64,000 nucleotides of DNA, taken from the NCBI RefSeq assembly GCF_009914755.1, contig NC_060948.1; one strand, 5' to 3'. The notes below the pieces were generated by a model that saw only the letters and a list, made by a program, of their open reading frames with translations, was not told the DNA's origin and ran no database searches. The position numbers were made by a program, and so were the translations under genes. Below are positions 14,001 through 26,749 of this stretch, in pieces (the stretch's first letter is position 1; every line of letters begins with the position of its first letter). The stretch comes from the human T2T-CHM13v2.0 reference genome, Homo sapiens.

Positions 14001-14928
14001 TTACATCAAATGTAATTTCTTGCTGAGTTTTTGTAATATTAATTTCTAGTATCACTTAGCAAAGAGGGCTTGTGTCAAGTTTAAAAGGCCACAAAAGATG
14101 TAGTAGACTTGAATAGCATTGATCTAATCACTCATTTTACAGATGAAGAAACTAAAGGCCATATAGAAAAGGCAAAGTTGTAAACAGAGGAATTATTTTG
14201 AAGGAACTATCATTTTTAGGTTCAGAAGTTGAGAAATGTGTTCTGAACAGGACCTATGAAAACAAGTAGGTGTAATGGAAGGTAAACATGCATAAACCAA
14301 AAATATTAATAACTAATTAAATAACGGTGAGTATTGGGGGACCAGTAGCAGAGTTTGAAGCAAATATGAATTTCAGTTCTGTGTATTAGAAGATGAGGAG
14401 TCAGTTGAAAAATGGCATAAAGTTGAATGTGACAATTACATAGTTTGTGATAATGCTTGTTGGCAAAATGAACTGATGATGAAAGCACGGAGCTAAAAAC
14501 ACCTGTGAGGAAATAAAAACCAAAAATAATTTTTGATCCATTTGTAAACTTACTTGGCTTTAGAGGAAGACTACAGTAATGCAAATGAAGAGAATAAAGT
14601 GAGTCCATAGAATGTGGTAAAGAAAAATACAGCAGGATAGTGTCATATATTTATATAAATGATTCAAATTCTAATAATAGATTCTTGACCCTAAAATTAA
14701 TCAGGCTGAATTTTTTAACAATAATAAAATATTATATATAAAGTTGGAAAACCATTATCAAAAGTGACAAAGAGCTTTAAGGTATAAAACATCTGCAATT
14801 TGGAATTTTTTGTGGGTGTAACACAAATATTACACTAAGTAAACTCCATATTCATACGTCCTTAAAAATTATTGCACAGAGTGTTGTAAAATTAATAAAA
14901 CATGTTGGCCTGAAGCAACAAACAACAG

Positions 14929-15243
14929 GGCCTGGCAGGGTGGCTCACGCCTGTAATCCCAGCACTTTGGGAGGCCGAGGTGGGCGGATCAAGAGTTCTG
15001 TAGACCAAGACCATCCTGGCTAACGCGGTGAAACCCCGTCTCTACTAAAAATACAAAAAATTTGCAGGGCATGGTGGCCGGTGCCTGTAGTCCCAGCTAC
15101 TCGGGGAGGCTGTGGCAGGACAGTGGCGCGAACTCGGGAGGCGGAGCTTGCAGTGAGCCGAGGTGGAGCCACTGCTCTCCAGCCTGGGCGACAGAGCGAG
15201 ACTCCGTCTCAAAACAAAACAAAAGAAACAAACAACAACAAAA
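14929..15243 (+). mobile_element. AluY-like SINE
   Basis: GGCGGAGCTTGCAGTGAG and CTGGCTAAC motifs, CpG-rich. Confidence 0.95.
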
Positions 15244-15955
15244 CTCATGTGTGTTTAAGAGGCCACGTGAAAAGACTTTCAACTTTTGTACTTTTTCTAG
15301 ATAGCCTGTCTGCTAGAGGGTTCTATGTTTTAGAACTGAGAGCTGGTCTGCATGTCAGCACATACTTGTAGTGCTGAAGTCTGTGAGAGTGGAGCAACAT
15401 CTCTTTGCTTTCACGTATCCTTTGTAGCAAAATCGTTTGCCAACATAGAGAAACTCCCTTGTTTTCTTCTCAGTGGTGTTTCTGGTAAGAAAGAAGCTTA
15501 GTGTTTCCCAGTATGCATTTGCACGTTGTTTGGATGCTAAGCACTCCACCTCAGAGAACGTTGAGATAGCGGGGAAGCTCAGAATCCAGTCATTTGAAGT
15601 AGGAAAACAACTCTGATGTACTGCCCCTTTTATTTTTGTTTTCCTTAATGGATGAGGCCCCTAAGGTATTTTCAGCTCCAGAAGTGTGAATAGCAAAGCA
15701 AAGCTACAACATTAGCAGGACTAAGGATATGCCTAATCTAAGAACCATCTTAATTGTGGTTAGGGAGATAATTTCTTTGGAATTATTTACTTAGGTAAAC
15801 TACCAAATCTCATGACTGCTTCCAGGTCCTGAGATTTGGTGGTTTACCTGAGTAATACATTTGTTACCTTGCTACCTCATCTTTCTTTATTTTAGTAGAA
15901 GCTTTGGTTTGTAGGAATTAGTGTCAACATTCTAATAATTATTTGGTAATAACCC

Positions 15956-16241
15956 TGTAGTTGGTTGAATTCTCTAAAAAAACAAAAAAAAAAAAACAAA
16001 AAACTATGTTGAAATAACCCTGAGGACCTGTGACTATAACCTTATTTGGAAATATAAACTTTTCAAATATAATCAAGTTAAGGTAAGTCACATTACATTA
16101 TGGTATACCCTAAATTCAATGTCTTATATTGTTATAAGGATAGAGAGTTTTAGAGACACAGAGACACAGAGGGAAGACAGCCATGTGAAGACAGAGGTAG
16201 ATGCTGAAGCGGTATAGCTACAAGCTGATGAATGCCAAGGA
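15956..16241 (+). mobile_element. MLT1 (MaLR) LTR, 5' part
   Basis: TGTAGTTGGTTGAAT start; ACCTTATTTGGAAAT; GCCATGTGAAGACAGAGG. Confidence 0.75.
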
Positions 16242-16949
16242 TATATTATGCCAATACATATATGCCAATACATATACTATGTATATGTATAATATACATA
16301 ATATACATCATGTATATTATACATATGCACACATAAACCCCTTTGAATAAATAGTATTACGCTTCCCTTTCCCTTTGTCCTAGCTTGAGTTGCCCAGAAA
16401 ACAAGTCTGAGGTTTGTTTAGTGGGGTATATGCGATACAGGACAAGCAACACATGGAAGGAAGGAGATTTACTATAACATTTTATCAAGTAGGCCAGTTT
16501 GAAAGGGAATTTGGGCAATTCTAGAGTTAATACTTTATGGCAAATAAACTCCTCTGTATGCACAACAACCTCAATTAATAACCTTCAACCTTTGTGCCTG
16601 AAATAACACAGGTTCTCCATAGAGGTCACTACTTCTCTTGCAGCCCACCCAAGGAGAGGCCACTTATTCCCTCACACTCCATATACTGCAAGGCCTGAGC
16701 GAGGTCACAGATTCTTCTTCGTCCCTTTCTAATATCATATCAAGTACACTTTCCTAAATTTATGACCCACTCCCTTTATTCTCACAATCTTCCTGTCCAT
16801 TCCAATTCCTGTCAATGATTACAGTGAGTTTAACATTCACACAAAGGCCCACCAAATCATACCAGTTCCTGAAGTTCCTAGTTTCCAAAGACCTTCTCTT
16901 ACACTTTAGTTCAGCCATCATCTTTCACTGTTTTCTCTTAACTATGTTG

Positions 16950-17244
16950 TTTCCTGATATAGGTTCTCACGCTGTTGTCCAGGCTGGAGTGCAGTGGCAT
17001 GATTATAGCTCCCTGCAGTCCTGAAATCCTGGGCTCAAGTGGTCCTCCCATCTCAGCCTCCCAAGTGGCTGGAAAAACAGATGCATGCTACCATGCCAAA
17101 TGAAATTTTTATTTACGTACTTGTTGTAGAGATGGGTCTTGCTATGTTGCCCAAGCTACTCTCAGACTCCTGGCCTCAAGCAATCTTCCTGCCCTGACCT
17201 CTCAAAGTGCTGGAATTACAGGAATAAGCCACCATGCATGGTCC
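16950..17244 (-). mobile_element. AluJ-like SINE
   Basis: ATAGCTCCCTGCAG and CCTGGGCTCAAGTGGTCCTCCC J-type motifs. Confidence 0.9.
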
Positions 17245-17364
17245 CCTTAATGATTCATTTTACTAATATTTTAAAGTACCTTGCCTATACATCTCACCTG
17301 TGGAAGCCCAAATGTGGAACACCTCACCCATCCCCTGTCCAAGCTGTTTCCTAGACAGCTGGCT

Positions 17365-17720
17365 GTCATGTTTGAGCTGCATTATGAGCACACTCATGTG
17401 TCAATACGGTAGAGACCACCTTTAGCTAATAGCCAGTTAGGAACTCAAGTCCTTAGCGCAGCAGCCCATGAAGAACTAAATCCTGCCAACAGCCAGGTGA
17501 ACGAGCTTGGAAGCACATCTTTCCCCACATGTGTTTTAAAATGACTGAAATCCTGGCTAACACCTTGACTGCAGTTTCGTGAGAAGCCTTGAGCCAGACA
17601 TACCCTGATAACTATGCCCAGTTTCCAGACCCACAGAAACTGTGAAGTAATTAATGGTGTTTTTTGAAGCCACTAAGTTTTGCTATAATTTGTTACTCAG
17701 TGATAGATCAACAAATAAAC
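17365..17720 (+). mobile_element. MLT1E/F-like (MaLR) LTR, 3' part
   Basis: AATCCTGCCAACAGCC...GACCCACAGAAACTGTGA...AAGCCACTAAGTTTTG. Confidence 0.75.
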
Positions 17721-17981
17721 TAGCTATGCCCCCTTACCAAAGTCATCTCTTCTTCTGGCAGCTAAAGTGCATGCTAAGAAATTAATGTTATGTGATTAGG
17801 TAATTGGTAACTGGGAAGCAAGATTAAAATCTCTAAAAAAGTAGTCATAACAAAACAGAGAGAGATCGAGTAGCTGAAGGGAAGTCACATATACGCCATA
17901 ACACACTCTGTAAATGCATCTGAATTTCTGCTTTCCCCACAAAGGTATCGTTGGTGCCATGCCTACTTAAGGTTAGTTCTT

Positions 17982-18045
17982 AAGGACATGGTGTTCTAGT
18001 CAAAGAGTACATGAAGGATGTGGTGTTCTAGTCAAATAGTACACT
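17982..18045. repeat. 32-bp tandem duplication
   Basis: AAGGACATGGTGTTCTAGTCAAAGAGTACATG / AAGGATGTGGTGTTCTAGTCAAATAGTACACT. Confidence 0.9.
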
Positions 18046-18609
18046 ACGGATAGAGTTACTCTGATGCATTCTTTGAGCTCTTTCTGCATTATCTAAACAA
18101 TTTGGTGACACTTATTTCTTTGTATTCCCATCTTTCCCTTGCTCATTTTAATTTAATAACACTTTCATTTCATCCTTTTACTCTCACCAATAGGAGGTAT
18201 CATATCTCAAATACTTCATTGCCACATTTTTAATTTCTGCTATTGCTTTCGAGTACTATGATAATGATACTAACAAAGAACAATTGAAGGGCCCAACCTT
18301 CTGCAGTTAAGAGCTGTTCAGGAACAGGTCACTATCATAATCCTCTGTTCTTCCATGGCCAAAGTCCGTTGTTTCCGTTTAGATAATTTAGATACTTTGA
18401 TTTTTCTCTTCTAACTTTTTCCTAGGATTGGCTCGCACTGTATTTTGAGGGCTTCTGTGTGGAATCTCTCTCTTACATTGTATAGTTAAACCACATTATA
18501 TACCAGTCTACTGGTCTTATAGCCTAGGTATGGGATAGATATGCATGGCATGAGTTCAGTCAGTGACATCCATAAAACATTGGTATAGTGTAGGTATTAA
18601 CGCATAAAT

Positions 18610-18990
18610 GAATTACTTTGTCTCATAGTGTCTCAGTTTACTGGTATATCAAATGGTGCTGATAATCATTTAGACTTCATACAGAGATTGGGATGATGAA
18701 ATGAGTTAAAAAACTTAGGCCACTTAGAACATTGACTGGCACACAGAAAGGCAAGCGCGTTTGCTACATGTACTAACTATAAACCTTCTAAAAATAGGAA
18801 TATTACATTTCATAAACAATTTCCAGATTTCTACATATGTTATCTCACCTGATTATGATAAAAAATCATTGGGTAAGAAATGGCACAGGTTATTTTAGTC
18901 GTTTTACAAACGACGAAACAAAGGTTGAAAAATAAGTAACAACCAGCATCAACTCTCCTAAGTATCAGGGCTAAATTGTGAATCTAGATT
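18610..18990. mobile_element. Two MIR fragments in opposite orientations
   Basis: GTCTCAGTTTAC...AAATGGTGCTGATAAT core and TTTTACAAACGACGAAACAAAGG core. Confidence 0.55.
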
Positions 18991-19467
18991 TTTTTCTGAA
19001 AACTTTTCTGAAGCTTCTTCTGCCTGTTTCAGAGGAGTCTAGAGGTATGAACCTATGAGATTATTGATGGGGACTCAATGGATTTTGATTTCTGCGCCCT
19101 TCACCAGAACAGAGTCAGCAGTGTTTCCACTGTAGGACATGGGTGGGGTGGGGTGTGTGTGCATGTGTGAGTTCACGAGGGAAATTCAACAGAGTGTTAA
19201 AGTGAGTATGTGTGAATTGAGAAAAAATTGCCATAAGATTTGGAATCCCCTTTAGGCAATCATCATACTGTAGTTTGTCAAGCTTGGAATGATGTACTTC
19301 CATATCTTAGTGGTAGTTGTGTAGGGATGTTTTTTCCAGTATCAAACAGTAACTTAGTAATTTATGGACAGTATTCAAGAATGTTGAAATCAAGATGCTC
19401 AGGACAGCACTTCTCAGCCTTTTTTGAAAGTGTAGTGTTATTTTATTAAGAGAAAGAAAATGTGTAA

Positions 19468-19882
<415 letters not shown>

Positions 19883-22224
19883 TCTGATTTTAACATAAGC
19901 TAACACGTTGCACATTTTGTACAATGCAATAACACAATTTTGTACAATGCATTTTCTACAGTGCATGTTGTACAACACAATAACACATTTTCCTTTTGTC
20001 TGATTGCATTGTACAAAAATGCAGTAACACAAAAGAAAGTATTCATACCAATGGAAGTGAGTAAGCCATGTGTTATTCAGTCTATCTGGGGTGTTAACTC
20101 TCTTTGTTGTCACTCTCACTGAGTGAAACATTGCCAAGAGAAATATATATAACTGTTATAAAATATCAGAAAATTACAATTTTTAATATCCAAAGAACTG
20201 TTTTTAATGTCTGAATTTCATATCTTTTTTACTTTCTTTTTTTTTTAATGGAAACACACTGTCAGCAGAGAGCTATCAGGTCCTACTGTTTTATCTGTAG
20301 GACTGGTGAAAGCTCCACCTGTTTAATTCAGGCTTGTGAGAGATTTTTTTTCCTTTGGAAGTGGTGGCTGTTGCCAAAATAAGAAGAAATACCATGCCCT
20401 CTGAGAGTACAGAGCAGCTGGTGTAGTTGTCCTGATATTTATGGGATATAATATAATAAACGCACATTTGCAACTGGTTGGGGAAATAACGTAATGCTTC
20501 TTACATTTATCTTTATAATCTACTTTCCTAGCAAGTACTATCCTGCCGTTCATAATATATTTAGCAAATACAGATGAAAGAAGAAGAAAAAGAAAAAACT
20601 CTGTTACTATCTGTTACCACAGGGGCTAAGAGAATGGAATGCATGTCCTAGTTAGTTAAACTATTCTTTTTATCAAATGGAAAATAAATACACAGAGAAA
20701 TTTTTTCAATTTTTTTTTTCTTTGAATAATGGAAGACATTTTCATAAGAATTAGCTGGGGTTGGGGTATGTCTGGAAAGCAGGCAACACAAAGTTTCTAT
20801 CTGGGAGAAAACTAACATTATTGTCAAAAAAAAATCACCTGTAATATGATCCAAATTTGTCAAGTCAGGGGTGTTACAGAAAGGAATTTGCTACCAGAAA
20901 TTTGCAGTAGATGGTATTTCCACTATTCCAAACTATTTATTTTTGATGACATCCTCCTTTGTTTGAGCAGAAGTTTTATAGCGTGTATTTAGTGAAGAGC
21001 TACAGAACCTTAATAAAATAAGTAAAGCATCAGCATGGCAAAACTAGGGTCATTATGGGGACTTTAAAAATACTGTCCTACAGAAATCAGGCCTCAGGCA
21101 GTTTATGCAAGTAACAGAAATTATTCCTTAGTGTTGGGTTGTCTGCTATTTTATACTCTCCCATTTCCCATTATTTCTTATCATTTTTCCTGAAATGTCA
21201 TGGGGTCTATTGTCCACCCTCTCAATGAACACCAACATTGTGACTCTCATAGGGTAGTCGCACCTGCTTTATTCATTTATTAAATGATTAATTCAGGAGA
21301 TGCAAGCATGGCCCACAGATTTGGGAAGACACTGGAAATATAAAGATGTCCAGTCGACATAGCAGAGTGAACTTCTCCTCCAAACACACAGGAATGCTGT
21401 GTAAATGAAAACTATTAAATATAAAGGTGGAACTCAAAAAAAATCACATGCGGGATATGAAGCAGGATCACAAAGCTCATGCAGTAAGCTAGAGCTGAAG
21501 CCAAGGTGGGCTTACTGTTTTCCAGCACAGATTTTCATTTTGCAGGGTGAGATCATGAGTTCTGATTCTCAACTAATGGTGCAAGATGAGGTTCTCATGT
21601 CTTGAAAGGCACAAAACCTCCATATAAACTCAGAAACTATGAGACATGATCTGATTTTTCTCCTGGAGAATGGTTGGCAGCGTTCCTTCTGCATATCACT
21701 CCGGGGTGGTGGGGAAGAGAGTGGCCTATCAGCAATTGGAACACAAGCCTACCCACATGCAACTCCATTAGAATTTTTACTTTATAGATGGGCATCTACT
21801 GTATTGACAGTAAATTTTGCCTCCTCTCAGAGGTAAAATGGAAATGCATGTGTGTACTAGCATCCAAAACGCAGGGTGCTCCCAGGAAAGACAATGCCTA
21901 CTAGAAATAATCATAGCATCAGAAATCACTGAAAGTTACCGTAATGAAGTAAACATCCATGCAAGAGTCAATAGATGCACTAAAGATAAGGTAACTTGAA
22001 TTCATTCATAATATAGATAATGTGTTATCAAATATTAAATAACATTATCAAATAATGTTTTAATTTTTGTACCAATATTTTAATCTTCTCTCAATTTTCT
22101 ATTTAAAAATATATAGACTCTTAATTCTCATTCATAAACATGTCTATCCCATGGATTGCATTCGACTTCACTTACAGAAATGGTGTCAAATTCTGGAATT
22201 TTATGAAAGGTTTATACTTGCTGG

Positions 22225-22320
22225 CTTACTCATTCCCTCAACAAATATTTATTGAGAGTTATGCTGTATCAAGCACTGTGCAACATGCTAAAGATACAGC
22301 ATTTAAAAAGCCAACTTTTT
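22225..22320 (-). mobile_element. L2 3'-end fragment
   Basis: CATTCCCTCAACAAATATTTATTGAG...CAAGCACTGTGC. Confidence 0.65.
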
Positions 22321-22904
22321 AATGTGGCTAAAGAGGTAAGTGGAGCCTATGAGGAGGCAAGGAGGCAGGTCAACAGGTAGTGATCATTCAGCAAGGTATA
22401 TTAATGCCATAAACAAACAACACAGTACACAATGGTCTTGTGTTAACCTCACCTATACAAACTGAGAGAGGCATTGAGCTTATCCTGGTCAAATTTTTTA
22501 ATTTAATGTGTTAAAAAAATCTTATAGCATAAACATAAATTAAGAATTTTCCTGAATAGAAGTCACTGGTCAAATTGGCCACACATGTCTCTTCTATAAA
22601 CAAAACTCCAGAATATATGGCAATGTCTAAAGAATTCTTGGTAAAAAGAATTCATATGGCATGACCAAAAATTTCATACACGTAAATTTTCAAACTCATG
22701 GAAAATTAGTAGAAAGACAACTTTACATATACCAGAGCTCGGAAAGTGTATCCCATGCTACCCTGTGAAAAAAAAGTTAATATAAAAGCACATTGCAGTT
22801 GAAACAGAGTTTAACTAAAATAATGAATAAAAAGATTGGGTTATAAAAAGATGTGATTCAAAAGAATAGTTCACAAACAAAACACACACACACACACACA
22901 CACA

Positions 22905-23075
22905 CTGCACATGGTTGTGTGTGCCTGTAATTCCAGCTACTGAGGAGGCTCAAATGGGAGGCCAAGCATTTGAACTCAGGAGTTCAAGCCTGCAGTGAGC
23001 TATGATGATGCCAAAGCAATCCAGTGTGGACAACAGAGTGAGACACTGTCTCAAAATTAAAAAAAAAGAAGAAAA
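22905..23075 (+). mobile_element. Alu monomer (FRAM/AluJ right arm), preceded by (CA)n
   Basis: GCCTGTAATTCCAGCTAC...GCAGTGAGCTATGAT...GAGACACTGTCTC plus A tail. Confidence 0.85.
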
Positions 23076-23109
23076 AAATGATAACTGCCTGAAGTGAAGG
23101 ATACCATGT

Positions 23110-23432
23110 CTATTATTTATATATTTGTTTATATTTATATTTATTTTTGAGTTGAAGTCTCGCTCTGTCACCTATGCTAGGGTGCATGGTGCAATCTCAG
23201 GTCACTTCAGACTCAGCCTACCAGGTTCAAACGATTCTCATGCCTCGGCCTCCAAAGTAACTGTAAGGTACTATAGGCGTACACCACCATGTCTGGCTAA
23301 TTTTCATATTTTTCATAGAGATCAGGTTTCCTGGTGTTGGCCAGACTGGTCTTGAAGTCCTAGCCTAAAGTGATCTGAATTTCTTGGCCTCCAAAAATGC
23401 TGGATTACAAGCTTGAGCCACAGCTCCCGACC
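23110..23432 (-). mobile_element. Diverged Alu (S/J)
   Basis: Dimer with AT-rich degraded tail. Confidence 0.9.
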
Positions 23433-24868
23433 TCTGTTTATTTTGTAGAGTGGCAAATGACTTCGTGCTAAAGATTTTGCCATGAAGGCTAGTTTCTTCA
23501 TCGTTTGAGAACTGGGCAATATTTACTTGTTTTATTTTGCGCTTTATATTATCTAACTGGTCTGTTTATATTAAACATGTACAAGTGTACATGTGTGTTG
23601 CTGCATGACTATCAATATAAAATCCCTACTGACAAATTTCCTTGTACATTAGGAAACTAGGAGTGCAGAAGAAAGTTATCTGAAACAATATTTAATAGCA
23701 AAATGTAAGAAATCACCTAAATGTGCACACAAAAAAGAGCCGATAGAAAAAAGAGCACCCACAGTGGATATCATTAATACTAATGTTAAATTTAAACTAG
23801 TTACATTAAATTGCATACAAATGTAGTAAAAGTATATGGACACTCACGGTAATAAAAATGACCAAATTTTACTTAGTTTTACTTTCAAATATAGAGGCTA
23901 ACGTGGTAGTTTACTTTAAATTGTATATAGTATAAACAAGCAAGTTCAGCTTTGTTACTGGAAATAGCAATAATGCTGAGATAAGTAAATTCTAACAGGT
24001 TAGAAAATAAAACAAAGATGAAAAGGTTAAAATCCACCACCTCAATTCATCACGTTGAGGGGAGAACCGAAAAGCCAGCTCCCGACTTAATGGAAATAAA
24101 TATTTCTGCCAAAGTCTGGGTACAGCTATAAAGGGTCACAAAAATTATCATCTCTGAATGACTTCGGCTTTCTTACTCACTGAGAAACTTTATGTTCTAA
24201 AATTATAAACAGAGTATTTGCTGTTTGAAATGTTATCGGTGAAGATAAAACTTAGCACTCTTGCCCGGCTGATTTGTCACTTTCCATAGAAGAAAAACTG
24301 TTTTCCAGCCTAGGTGCATAGCTTCAAATAACAGGCATTTGCACTCAAAATTCCACACAAATGTCAACTTGTGATCTACAAGGAATAAAGACACTGGGTT
24401 CTCTCACAGTCTAAACATGATGTTTTGACCTTTAATACATAGGCGTCCTTTACCTTGAACCTATTGAAACTCTGCTGTGTTTAAATACCTACTCACCACC
24501 TCTCCCATAAATCGTACAGTACCTCCTTTTATTACTTTAGTTGCCCCACAGGCATGGTCTACCTTACTCTACCAAGTCAATGCAATTGTATCAGACTATA
24601 GGTTTGTCCTGTGTAGTCATAGACTAGCTGGATTAAGTCACAGAATTTCTCTGTCTAGCTCTTTTTTCCCCATACCTAAATGCAACTGGAAAAAATGTCT
24701 AATATGCCTAGCATCCCCAGAAATAAATCACATTTTCTGATTTTGCAAAATTGATTCCAATATACAATACTCATTTGAGAAAAGTGCCATTTCTCAAGTG
24801 ACTGATATAAAAATGGTAATGTCCATAATAATTTGTATTCTATATTTTTTAAATGTGGATTTTTTTCT

Positions 24869-25152
24869 GGCCAGGCACAGTGGGTCACGCCGGTAATCCC
24901 AACACTTTAGGAGGCCGAGGCGGGCAGATCACAAGGTCAGGAGATCGAGACCATCCTGGCTAACACGGTGAAACCCCGTCTCCACTAAAAATACAAAAAA
25001 TTAGCTGGGCTGGTGGCAGGCACCTGTACTCCCAGCTACTCGAGCAGCTGAGGCAGGAGAATGGCATGAACCCGGGAGGCGGAGCTTGCAGTGAGCTGAG
25101 ACACGCCACTGCACTCCAGGCTGAGCGACAGAGCCAGACTCCGTCTCAAAAG

Positions 25153-25184
<32 letters not shown>

Positions 25185-25190
25185 AAAAAA
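24869..25190 (+). mobile_element. AluY-like SINE (left member of an inverted pair)
   Basis: AluY-type positions (CTGGCTAACACGG, GGCGGAGCTTGCAG), long A tail. Confidence 0.95.
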
Positions 25191-25199
25191 TCCACATTT

Positions 25200-25543
25200 T
25201 TCTTTTTTTTTTTTTTTTTTGGTAGTTTTTTTTGTTGTTTTGTTTTTTTGTTTTTGAGACGGAGTATCACTCTGTTGCTCAGGCTGGAATGCAGTGGCAT
25301 GCCTCTGCTCACTGCAAGCTCCGCCTCCCAGGTTCATGCTATTCTGCCGCCTCAGCCTCCCGACTAGCTGGGACTGCTGGCGCACGCCACTACGCCTGGC
25401 TAATTTTTTGTATTTTTTTTTTTTAAGTATAGACGGGGTTTCACCGTGTTAGCCAGGATGGTCTCGATCTCCTGACCTCGTGATCCGCCCGCCTCGGCCT
25501 CCCAAAGGACAGGGATTACAGGCATGAGCCACCGCGCCCTGCT
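25200..25543 (-). mobile_element. AluY-like SINE (right member of an inverted pair)
   Basis: Tail-to-tail with the previous Alu; spacer of about 10 bp (TCCACATTTT). Confidence 0.95.
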
Positions 25544-25604
25544 GGATTATTATTATTATTATTATTTTATTTTTATCTTTATTTTATTTTTATTTTTATT
25601 TTTT

Positions 25605-25890
25605 TGCCAGGCAAGGTGGCTCACGCCTGTAATCCTAGCACTTTAGGAGGCTGAGGCACGTGTATCTCAAATGAGACCAGCCTGGCTAACATGGCGAAAG
25701 CCCATCTTTACTAACAATACCAAACAACTTTGGCAGGTCTGGTGGCGTATGCCTGTAGTCCCGGCTACTCGGGAGGCAGGAGGATCACCTCCAGGAGGCG
25801 GAGGTTTCAGAGAGCCAAAATTGCGCCATTGCACTCCAGCGTGGGCCAGAGATCCAGAATCTGTTTCCAAAAAAGGAAAATACAGTAAAA
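25605..25890 (+). mobile_element. Older AluS-like SINE
   Basis: Diverged dimer with deletions; followed by AAATGTGGGTTTTTTT. Confidence 0.9.
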
Positions 25891-26269
25891 TAAATGTGGG
25901 TTTTTTTGAAAACATAATATGCTGGTTTTTTTTGAAAACATAGTATGCCAGTTTTTATGTTCTTTCTGAAATTTGTATCCGTATGTATTCTTTCCACACA
26001 GAAAGTAGTATATAGACCAGCTTATACAAATGTTTCAACTATATTTGAATTTTATTTGCACAACTGTCTGAATAATTCTAATACCCCAGATTAAAGTTAG
26101 AATATGTATATTTTACCCGTTGGTCTGGTTTTTTTTATTCTTTTAAGTCTGAGCATAATAACTCGCTAAAAAGATTTCTGTAAGGCCTGGTTTCTGCTAA
26201 CATTATTTTCTTGGCTGTATTTTATCTAAGTTCATTATGCAAACCGAATTTGCGTTGTGTCTTCAAAAA

Positions 26270-26720
26270 TGACTTCTGAAAGCCTTCCATGGTCCTGTTA
26301 CGCCCCTAACCATAATGAGGTAGCAGGGACCATATTTACCCTCCCAGGTTAAATAACCACAAAACTAGACAGAAATATGAACCAAAGATTTTTCTACATT
26401 CAATTCCAGGCAGCACCAAACAATAATTTCTCAGAAAAGATGAACAAAGACAGTGTAAGGATGAACCCTACTTATCACCAGGCCATAACTTAGGGGGTGT
26501 TACTAGATTGAGAAGACTAAAATCAGAGTTCAACTATATCAAGAAAGCTAGAATCTGTAGAACAAAATGCCAGAAAATAAAAGAGGACTTACACAAAAAG
26601 AAAACCCCAGAGAGGCAAAAGAGTTCATGCAGGCCTTCTGCTGGCTGTTAATCTGCATATCCATGTGAGAATATTATCTGAAGCTTAAAAGAAAGCACTG
26701 GAACAAAACTATTCCCTGTA
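26270..26720 (+). mobile_element. Ancient L1M 5'-region fragment
   Basis: Resembles old L1M 5' ends (GAGGTAGCAGGGACC...TTTACCCTCCC...AAAACTAGACAGAAATATGA). Confidence 0.4.
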
Positions 26721-26749
26721 CATGCATCTATAATGTTGATTGGGCAGAG

